DNA from: Methanobacteriota archaeon
GTDB lineage: Archaea; Methanobacteriota; Methanobacteria; Methanobacteriales; Methanobacteriaceae
Reading direction: 5' to 3'
NCBI GenBank assembly: GCA_963787255.1
Contig: CAWBCJ010000029.1
Coordinates: 192,001 to 256,000, forward strand
Length of the DNA: 64,000 nt
Both the position numbers and the translations under genes were made by a program. The notes beneath the pieces are model-generated. The model did no database searches and had not been told where the DNA came from. It saw only the letters and a program-made list of their open reading frames with translations. This document shows, piece by piece, positions 55,888 through 64,000 of the stretch (positions within the stretch are counted from its first letter, which is position 1; the number at the start of each line of letters is the position of its first letter).

Positions 55888-57030
55888 ATGGCAGAAAAGC
55901 GTGATTACTACGAAATCCTTGGAGTAGAAAAAGGATCAGACAAAAAAGAAATAAAGAAGGCTTATCGTAAATTAGCAATGAAATATCACCCTGACGTAAG
56001 CGAAGATCCTGAATCTGCTGATAAATTCAAAGAAATAAGTGAAGCTTATGCTGTTTTATCAGATGAAGAAAAAAGAAACACTTACGATCAGTTTGGACAC
56101 GCTGGAATGGGTGGATACTCAAATGAAGATATATTCAGAAATGCTAACTTCGACGATATATTCCGAGGATTTGGATTTGACTTTGGAGATATATTCGACA
56201 TGTTTGGGTTTGGCGGCGGTCGAAGAAGAAGCCGCGCAGAACAAGGGGCTGATGTTTACTACGATCTAAAAATTACCCTTGAAGATGCTGCTTTTGGGCT
56301 TGAAAAAGACATTGAAATACCTCATAAAAAAGTATGTCCAACTTGTGAAGGTACTAGAGCCGAACCCGGAACTGAATCACATCAGTGTAGCCAGTGCGGT
56401 GGAACTGGACAGGTGCAACAAGTAAGTCAAACTCCTTTCGGCCAGTTTGTTAATGTAAGACCATGTCCTCAGTGTAGGGGAGAAGGAGTAATTATAGATA
56501 CACCATGTCATGAATGCCGTGGAAAAGGAATTGTAAAAGAAACCAGCACCATTCATATTAATGTTCCGCCGGGCGTTGAGGATGGTTCACGTCTTAGAGT
56601 CGCTGGTGAAGGAGATGTGGGTAAAAGGGGAGGACCTCCAGGAGATCTCTACGTTTTAATTACTGTTAAACCTCACAAGCTCTTTGAACGTCATGGATCT
56701 GATTTGGTTTATGAACAACCAGTAAGCTTTGTACAGGCATCTCTTGGTGACGAAGTAGATATTCCAACACTTGGAGATGAAATAGTAAGTCTTAAAATCC
56801 CTGCAGGAACGCAATCAGGCACTTCATTTCGTATCAAAGGTAGAGGGATGCCCCATTTACGATGGAACGGTAATGGAAATCTTTATGTAAATGCAAAGGT
56901 AGTTGTGCCCAAAAAATTGAATCCTAAGCAAAAGGAACTGCTAAAGGAATTTGCAGATATAAGTGGGAAAGAGATTTACGTTGAGGATAAGGGCTTTTTT
57001 GACAAGGTTAAAGATGCTATAAAACATTAG
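55888..57030 (+). CDS. dnaJ: Chaperone DnaJ
   Basis: HPD J-domain, G/F region, four CxxCxGxG-type repeats. Confidence 0.98.
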   Translation: MAEKRDYYEILGVEKGSDKKEIKKAYRKLAMKYHPDVSEDPESADKFKEISEAYAVLSDEEKRNTYDQFGHAGMGGYSNEDIFRNANFDDIFRGFGFDFGDIFDMFGFGGGRRRSRAEQGADVYYDLKITLEDAAFGLEKDIEIPHKKVCPTCEGTRAEPGTESHQCSQCGGTGQVQQVSQTPFGQFVNVRPCPQCRGEGVIIDTPCHECRGKGIVKETSTIHINVPPGVEDGSRLRVAGEGDVGKRGGPPGDLYVLITVKPHKLFERHGSDLVYEQPVSFVQASLGDEVDIPTLGDEIVSLKIPAGTQSGTSFRIKGRGMPHLRWNGNGNLYVNAKVVVPKKLNPKQKELLKEFADISGKEIYVEDKGFFDKVKDAIKH

Positions 57031-57173
57031 CTCCTTTTTTTACGCCTCATAAAACTTTTTTTGTTTTTTTTAGGGATGAAAATTCTTTTTTTATTTTATT
57101 ACTAAAATTATTTAAATTATGATACTCTATAAGTAATGACATATAAAATCTGATTTTTAAAAGGAGAATTATA

Positions 57174-57812
57174 ATGCAAAGCAGATTAAAATGGGCATTA
57201 TTATCTCTGGTAATCTTGCTGGTAATTCTAATACCATTTTTACTTTTGGGTGAATCCATAGAAACATGGACAAATTACATTTTAAGGTCTTCGTCTCCTA
57301 AACTACTGATAGGCATGATTATTGGAGGGCTTTTATCTATTGATATTTTAGCTCCAGTTCCTTCAAGCATTGTAAGCACAGCAGGAGGCTATTTTCTTGG
57401 CTTTACATGGGGAATCATTGTTTCTACAGCTGGAATGACCATTAGCTGCATTATTGGTTATGTTTTAGGTTCAAAAATAGGAACATCTATCTCAGAATGG
57501 TTAGTAGGTACTAATGAGCTTTTAAGATTGGAAAAACTCCAAAATAAATACGGAGACTGGATTATTATTCTGTCACGTGCTGTGCCTGTTTTAGCTGAAG
57601 CCTCAATTCTTACTGCAGGTATTGGGCGTATGCCCCTTAAACGCTTTATTTTATTAGTTTTATTGTCAAATTTGGGTATTTCTATAGCATATTCATTTAT
57701 TGGAGCTTATTCGGAGTATATAAATTCATTCTTACTGGCGTTCGTCGGAGCAATTATTCTGCCAGGTGCTGTAATGGCTATTTTTAAAATAAAAGTTAAT
57801 AAAAATGAATAA
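57174..57812 (+). CDS. DedA/TVP38 (VTT) family membrane protein
   Basis: DILAPVPSS, SRAVPVLAE, AG...M...RF. Confidence 0.85.
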   Translation: MQSRLKWALLSLVILLVILIPFLLLGESIETWTNYILRSSSPKLLIGMIIGGLLSIDILAPVPSSIVSTAGGYFLGFTWGIIVSTAGMTISCIIGYVLGSKIGTSISEWLVGTNELLRLEKLQNKYGDWIIILSRAVPVLAEASILTAGIGRMPLKRFILLVLLSNLGISIAYSFIGAYSEYINSFLLAFVGAIILPGAVMAIFKIKVNKNE

Positions 57813-57862
57813 TTGAATTCAGAAGCTTTTATCTCAATTATATTCTTTTACTTATTGTAATC

Positions 57863-58826
57863 CTATCTAAATTCAGGAAGCACCTCTTCTTTATAGAATT
57901 CAATGCATTCTTGCTGATTATTACCTATTTGTTGTATACAAACGCGGTCAAAGCCTGAATCCACTACTTTTTTTATTTTATCAATGTGCTCTTGTGGATC
58001 AGAGCTACAAGCATTCTCTTTGGTATATCCTCTTTTTTCACATTTTCTACAAGCTCCTTCAAAATGTGTTGGAGTAGGGAATTTCCCAGCTTAAATTTCC
58101 TTTAATTGCCATTAATGGCCAGTATTCGTAAACCAGATCAACTGCTTTTTGGTCTGTTTCTGCCCAACTTAGTGAAATTTCAGAATATGACGGTTTTCCT
58201 TTTCCTCCTGTCTTCTTCAAATATATTTAACAATCTCTTTCTTTCCACCACCTACAATCAGACCGTCTCCATTAGTTTGCAGCAGTTGTAGCTGCTATTG
58301 GTCCATCTGCTGCCATGAATATTGATGGAAGCTTCTTCAGGAAGTGTGTAAATTTGTGCATTTTCAACATGATAATAATAAACCATCATAATCCTGCATA
58401 CCTCCCTGCCAGAGTGTTCTAATAACATCAACCGCTTCTGCAAGCATTTCAATTCGTATAGGCGCTGACGGCCAGTGATCACCGTAAATATGTTCATTTA
58501 GGTTTTCACCAGAACCTACTCCAAGAATAAACCTTCTAGGCATCAGTGTAGCTATTGTAGCTAGCAGCTTGAGCTACTAAAGCAGGATGCTGTCTGATTG
58601 TAGGACAGGTAACACCAGTCATTAAATCTAAATTTTCTGTTACCTGGGATATTCCTCCAAGTGTACTCCAGACAAAGGGACTGTTACCTTGTTGGCTCAG
58701 CCATGGGTGATAATGATCAGATATGGCGGCAAAGTCAAATCCTGCTTCTTCAGCATGTTTAGCATAATTAATAAGTTCTTGAGGTCCAAATACTTCGCTT
58801 GCAAGTTTAAAACCAATTTCTACCAT
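57863..58826 (-). pseudogene. F420-dependent LLM-class oxidoreductase (TIGR03557/Fgd-like), many frameshifts
   Basis: AEEAGFDF..ISDHYHPW...QG.SPFVW, TGVTCPT; later fragments GVGSGENLNEH, VENAQIYTLP, GFDRV, FYKEEVLPEF. Confidence 0.8.
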
Positions 58827-58907
58827 TTAATTACCTCCAGATTTTTACAAAAGTTCATGATCATTATTTATAGTATTTATTAACTGTTTGATATAAATTA
58901 TTACTTA

Positions 58908-59774
58908 ATGATATTTTCATATGGATATGCACTATTATCTGCACTTTTTGAATCCCTGAAAGACGTCTCCAGCAAGATGGGATTAAAAGATATGGACGAA
59001 TATCTTGTTACATGGGCATTTGGATTTTTTGCATTGCCCTTTTTAGTTTTACCCTTTATTTTTATAAGTATTCCAACAATTGGAAATCAATACTGGATTG
59101 CATTACTTATTGATGGTGCATTAAATGTTATAGCAACCATCTTACAACTTAAAGCCATTAAAAGTTCGGATTTATCCTTGACTATTCCATTATTGGCTTT
59201 TACCCCTTTATTTCTATTAATAATGTCCCCTTTAATTTTAGGACAATATCCAACTTTTCTCGGTATAATTGGGGTGGCCCTAATCGTTATAGGATCTTAT
59301 GTCCTAAATATCCAGAGAAGAAATGCAGGATATCTAGCTCCTTTTAAGGCAATGGTAGAACAGCATGGACCGAAAATGATGTTAATTGCAGCTTTTTTAT
59401 TGAGTATAACTTCAAGTATAGATAAAATCGGTGTTTTAAACTCTTCTCCCCTGTTTTGGGCTGTTTCAGTGCATTCGTTTACATCAATTTCACTTGCACC
59501 CATCATAATACGTGAATTCAGTCATCATCTAAAATTAACACGTGTAGATCTCAGGCTTTTGTTTGCAGTTGGGTTTTTCAGTGCTTTAGCAATAGTAACT
59601 CAATATATAGCAATAACATCTCTTCTTGTTCCATATGTTATTGCAATAAAAAGAACCAGCACTTTAATGAGTGTTTTGTTTGGTTACGTAATATTCAAGG
59701 AGAAAGGTTTAAGAGAAAGATTAATTGGGGCAGCGATTATGGTTTTAGGTGTTATTTTAATAACGTTGTCCTAA
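58908..59774 (+). CDS. EamA/DMT family transporter
   Basis: Two 5-TM repeats; SL..PL.AFTP, IAIKRTS, FKEK. Confidence 0.88.
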   Translation: MIFSYGYALLSALFESLKDVSSKMGLKDMDEYLVTWAFGFFALPFLVLPFIFISIPTIGNQYWIALLIDGALNVIATILQLKAIKSSDLSLTIPLLAFTPLFLLIMSPLILGQYPTFLGIIGVALIVIGSYVLNIQRRNAGYLAPFKAMVEQHGPKMMLIAAFLLSITSSIDKIGVLNSSPLFWAVSVHSFTSISLAPIIIREFSHHLKLTRVDLRLLFAVGFFSALAIVTQYIAITSLLVPYVIAIKRTSTLMSVLFGYVIFKEKGLRERLIGAAIMVLGVILITLS

Positions 59775-59843
59775 TATGGTAGAAAATAATAATAAAAATA
59801 TATTTGTTAATAATAACAAATTGTTGTATGATGGTGATTATTT

Positions 59844-61184
59844 ATGGACGAAGATATTGAAAAAATATGGTGGACATTTCCAAAATTTAAAATAGAAAAA
59901 ATGGTTACAGGGCTGAAATTGCCTGTTAACCTTGCATTTGTCCCCAAACCTACGGATAACCCTGATGAACCACTTTTATATGTAACAGAATTGTATGGAA
60001 ACATAAAAGTAATTACAAATGACTGGAAAACACACACTTATGCAGAAAACCTTCTAAACTACGAGCCCAATTATGAATTTCCAGGAACAGGAGAATCAGG
60101 ATTAATAGGAATTTGTATTGAGCCTGAAACTGGTGATTTATTTGCTTCAATGATTTATGAAGATAATGGCGATATGAAAAACAAATTAGTACGAACTAAA
60201 AGTAAAGATGGCTTAAAAATGGATTCAATGGAAACAATAATTGATAATATTCCATCAATTAAAGCTGCACACCAGATGCAGGCCATTACAATAGGATTTG
60301 ACAGTAAATTGTACGTAAATCTGGGTGAAGGAATGATCAATCCCGAGGTAGCACAGGACGATAATGAGCTTCGAGGAAAAGTTTTACGAATGAATTTAGA
60401 CGGCAGTATTCCGGAAGACAACCCAAATCCAGATAGTTTAGTTTATGCAAAAGGATTTAGAAATCCTTTCGGTGCCCGATGGCGTAAAAGTGACACATCC
60501 CTTTATATATCAGATAATGGGCCCTCTTATGACGATCGTATTGCCAAAGTGGAACCTGGAAAAAATTACGGCTGGCCAGAGAGTATGAGAAAAAATTCAC
60601 TTTTCTGGATACAGTTCACAGAAGGTATGACTGCCCTTGACTTTATGCAGAATGAAGAATTTCCCTTTGAATATGAAGATGAACTATTTGTAGCCTATTT
60701 TGGGGGATCCTACGTTAAAGGGCCTTCAATAAAAGGAAAAAAAATTGTAAAAATCAAACTAAACGATGATGCTTCTGCAATTAAATCATACGATGTATTT
60801 GTAAGTTATATTGGTGAAAATGCTGCAAGTCCCTGTGGATTAGCTTTTGGACCTGGAGGATTGTATTTTACAGATTTGCACGGTGAGAAGGATGGTCAGG
60901 CGCATGCTTCTAGTGGAAACATATACCGAGTTAGTTCTATAATTAAAGCAGAGGGAGAGGTACTGGTTCCTTATACTAAAGAGAATTTCGGGAAATGTCT
61001 CTGTCCAGGGTGTCCAACCCGTAACGAATGCATGAGAAATAGAGATGAACGACTTTTCTGTTCAGGAGGAAAAACAGAATGTGATCTTGAAAGAAAAGGT
61101 TGTTTATGTGGAGAATGTCCAGTAGAAAGCAAATATGGTTTAAATGGACTTTATTACTGTTCTATAGGTGCTGCTAAGCAATAA
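59844..61184 (+). CDS. GSDH-family (PQQ sugar dehydrogenase-like) beta-propeller fused to C-terminal DUF2769
   Basis: GESGLIG, GKVLRMN.DGSIP.DNP, GFRNPFG, NYGWP; tail CLCPGCP...FCSGGK..C...CLCGECP...YYC. Confidence 0.82.
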   Translation: MDEDIEKIWWTFPKFKIEKMVTGLKLPVNLAFVPKPTDNPDEPLLYVTELYGNIKVITNDWKTHTYAENLLNYEPNYEFPGTGESGLIGICIEPETGDLFASMIYEDNGDMKNKLVRTKSKDGLKMDSMETIIDNIPSIKAAHQMQAITIGFDSKLYVNLGEGMINPEVAQDDNELRGKVLRMNLDGSIPEDNPNPDSLVYAKGFRNPFGARWRKSDTSLYISDNGPSYDDRIAKVEPGKNYGWPESMRKNSLFWIQFTEGMTALDFMQNEEFPFEYEDELFVAYFGGSYVKGPSIKGKKIVKIKLNDDASAIKSYDVFVSYIGENAASPCGLAFGPGGLYFTDLHGEKDGQAHASSGNIYRVSSIIKAEGEVLVPYTKENFGKCLCPGCPTRNECMRNRDERLFCSGGKTECDLERKGCLCGECPVESKYGLNGLYYCSIGAAKQ

Positions 61185-61202
61185 AAAGCGTAATGTGTTT
61201 TT

Positions 61203-61455
61203 ATGGTTCTAAAAAATTCATTTGTACCAGATACAGATGTCAAAATACAGGGAGATGCCTTTATCCGAATGTCCTACGATACAATTAGATGCTGTTAAAG
61301 GGAAGTTTAAACATCTGTTTAACTCTGAAGGAAGAGGATCTTTGTGCTTACATTGTCCCAATGAAATAAAATACCGATTAAATAGTTTTTTTTATTGTGA
61401 AAAGGGCGCCGCTACAGAAAAAAATGTTGCTACTAAAACTATAAACCAGTCTTAA
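61203..61455 (+). pseudogene. Degenerate DUF2769 gene
   Basis: MVLKNSFVPDTD, then shifted ECPT...LCLHCP...Y.LN..FYCEKG. Confidence 0.6.
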
Positions 61456-61729
61456 AAGCAGAATTCTATTTTTTTTATCTAAATTCCAAGTTGAATTTCA
61501 AATGATTTAAATTGAAAATAAGATTCAAATAATTAAATACATAAATTTAATCCCACTTTTTATTATGTCTGGAATGCATTTAAACAAAAGCAATGAAATG
61601 TCAGTTAATTTGAAGAATTGAGATGCATATCTCACAATGAAATTATTGTAAGAATAACTATAACAATTAATTTATCAAATAATATGTGCCTGAGAAAGTC
61701 ATAATATCTTTGATCCAAATTTTTCAAGA

Positions 61730-62040
61730 GTTGGGGCATGCTGGTAGTAACCCACCTTCTGTTTCAGCAGCATTCATCTATGCGGGCTACCTCTGCCTCA
61801 TACAGTATTCATTAGCAGCATTTGCCCTTACATCCCGCGAAATGGCCGTTTAACCGTTCCTTTTTGATATCTTCAGCTTATGCATCATTTTCATCTATCT
61901 AAAGACGTTTCGTTTCTGCTCCAGAGTTATGTTTCTCAACATGTGCCTCGCGACACCACGGATCTGTATGATGGATGGAGTTTCCTCAGTTTAAATTGCT
62001 TATGCAATAAACCGGTGGCTGCTCTTCAGCTTGCCCCAAC
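61730..62040 (-). ncRNA. rnpB: RNase P RNA (archaeal type A)
   Basis: Terminal P1 pairing GTTGGGGCA / TGCCCCAAC; conserved GAGGAAACTCC and AAACAGAAGGTGGGTTAC (P4). Confidence 0.93.
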
Positions 62041-62176
62041 ACTTTAAAAAAGTTTTGATCGAAACCAAGCGGGCTTCGCCCCATTTAAAGTTATTTTTCA
62101 AAAAAGTTTTTTGGATTAAACTTCTAGAAAAATTTTTTATATGGTTTCATAGCTTAAAACTTAAAAATTAAGAAAA

Positions 62177-62252
<76 letters not shown>

Positions 62253-62409
62253 TAGTATCATGGTTTGTACTTAGGAGTATATAAAGGTTTCTCTAAATGG
62301 AATTTGAAAAATCAAAATCAATTTTTCCAATAATTAAATATGGGTATTAAATATAGAGATTTAAACCTTTTTAAGCTAAAATAACATATTTTTATTAAAA
62401 TACTACTTA

Positions 62410-62736
62410 TTATTTTTTTTCCAGTTCTCTAATTTCGCGAGTTAATGAGTATCCTACAACGGTCCTTATAGCCACAATTATTGCCAGAACAATTAATTGA
62501 TCAAATGTTGGCTCCAAAATTGATTTTATAAGGTCTGCAGCTATAAAGAACTCTAATCCCAGCACTATTTTGGATGTGAAGTCTAACCTTATGTCATTGT
62601 AACTTTTTTCTCTCTTTAAAATCTCAATTTTAAGAACAGCAATTATTGCCCTTATACCCCCATAAAGGATAATTAAAGCACCAAAATAAGAGAGAAAATT
62701 AACAATTATCAGTATTATATTTGAATACTCAACCAT
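62410..62736 (-). CDS. DUF1622 family membrane protein
   Basis: IRL......LGLEF.IAADLI.SI..P, IRT...Y.L.REI. Confidence 0.88.
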   Translation of the reverse strand: MVEYSNIILIIVNFLSYFGALIILYGGIRAIIAVLKIEILKREKSYNDIRLDFTSKIVLGLEFFIAADLIKSILEPTFDQLIVLAIIVAIRTVVGYSLTREIRELEKK

Positions 62737-62800
62737 GTTATCATTTGTAAAAATTATGAATTAAAAGGTTATTTAACCAGATTAAAATTAAAAAAAATAT

Positions 62801-63349
62801 TTATTCAGATTTTTCTGGTTCTTCTTCACCCTCTAACGTTGTTAATCTCTTTTCAATACTTTCGAATTTTTTATTAGCATGTCCCCTATATTCGCTGAAA
62901 CGCTTTTCCAGGTCGTCTATATCCCTTGCTACTTTACTGTATTTCTTTTCAAGCTGATTTAAATCGGATTTAGTGGCTAATTCCCAATCTTTTATAAGTT
63001 GGTCGCTTTGATCATTTAAAAATTCATCAATTCGTCCAGATAAAACATCTGTGCTTATTGGTACTTCTTTAACCTTTCCTTTTAGCATTTCGCCCATTCC
63101 AGATACTCTTTCGCTTACTCCTGACATTCTACCTTCCCCTTCAACATTGCGGCTGCTGTATTGTTGGGAAATTCCTTCAGAAACACGGCTGCCCGCATCT
63201 GAAACTCCTTTCCCCATATTAGAAGCACTTGCCTTAAATGTGTCAAAACCTGCGCTACCAGTTCCCCTCATTTCCTGAATGTAATAGTATAAAAGCACTA
63301 TTATAGCTCCGGCTAATACTAGAATTGCAAATAGTTCCAGCGGTCCCAT
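62801..63349 (-). CDS. Membrane-anchored coiled-coil hypothetical protein
   Basis: N-terminal TM, G/S-rich linker, C-terminal heptads. Confidence 0.75.
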   Translation of the reverse strand: MGPLELFAILVLAGAIIVLLYYYIQEMRGTGSAGFDTFKASASNMGKGVSDAGSRVSEGISQQYSSRNVEGEGRMSGVSERVSGMGEMLKGKVKEVPISTDVLSGRIDEFLNDQSDQLIKDWELATKSDLNQLEKKYSKVARDIDDLEKRFSEYRGHANKKFESIEKRLTTLEGEEEPEKSE

Positions 63350-63352
63350 GGA

Positions 63353-63793
63353 TTAAGTCCTCCTTGTGGTACTTTCTACTTTTTTATCAAGATCGCCTTC
63401 CTTTTTTTCTAGATCTTTCATTAATTTTTGAAGTTTCCCGTATTCTGCTTTAGCTTCCAGGCGAGCAACCCTTTCACTTATTTCACTGTGGAGAAACCCA
63501 ACTTTGTGCATGATATCCGAAGTACTTCTCCTTATTTTAGCAAGTTCTTCCTGCTGTTCTTTGGGTAGAGGTATAACATTTTCCATTATTCTTTTTGTTT
63601 CTAGATCCTTTTCTACGAGGGATATTTTTTTAAGTTCCACCTGTTTATCTACCAGAGCTACATTGTTTTGAGTTTCTCTGACCTTCTTCCATTGAATAAC
63701 AACAATTATAATCACAATCGTTGCTAAAAATGCTAATATGATCAAAACAATATTTTCTGAAATTGCTGTAGCAATATCAGCCATATTTTTCAC
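63353..63793 (-). CDS. Membrane-anchored coiled-coil hypothetical protein
   Basis: N-terminal TM then heptads; 3 nt from the downstream gene (operon). Confidence 0.75.
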   Translation of the reverse strand: MKNMADIATAISENIVLIILAFLATIVIIIVVIQWKKVRETQNNVALVDKQVELKKISLVEKDLETKRIMENVIPLPKEQQEELAKIRRSTSDIMHKVGFLHSEISERVARLEAKAEYGKLQKLMKDLEKKEGDLDKKVESTTRRT

Positions 63794-64000
63794 CTTTTAT
63801 TATTTTTTTTCAAGATTTTTAATCTCATTTTAAAGTGGCTATTAACTAATCTATATAATATATTAAATCTTAATATATATAAAATTGAAGTATAATGCCC
63901 AAAATGAACACATATATCATATATGAATTAATTTAAACTTACTTTTTAGATAATCAGAGAAAAAACTACGAAATAATTATGCAAAAGGATTTATGTTCTA

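Overview
AT-rich archaeal chromosome segment, almost certainly a Methanobacterium-like methanogen (Methanobacteriales). Support: fdhC, comC-purM-aCPSF1-psmB, split polB1, hypF, heat-shock regulator-grpE-dnaK-dnaJ, archaeal type A RNase P RNA, tRNA-Gln(CUG) and initiator tRNA-Met. Core genes at about 1-11 kb and 45-64 kb flank a ~33 kb accessory zone (about 11.8-44.5 kb) around tRNA-Gln. This zone is rich in SAM methyltransferases, GNATs, flavodoxins, hydrolases, Zn-less MDR oxidoreductases, DUF membrane proteins and small regulators with visible operators. I found no integrase, transposase, CRISPR array or recognisable defence system. About 14 genes carry small indels (assembly error or decay), which hides several from the ORF track. 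Best leads: a solitary phage MuF-like gene, a GSDH beta-propeller fused to a Cys-rich DUF2769 domain (three DUF2769 copies in the window), a 10-bp-phased palindrome array with an 84-bp duplication upstream of fdhC, a hidden 16-aa-repeat coiled-coil protein, repeated MDR + DUF4386/DUF6326 modules, and a His-rich PadR with four operators. None is a proven new system. All family calls come from motif recognition by eye, not database searches.
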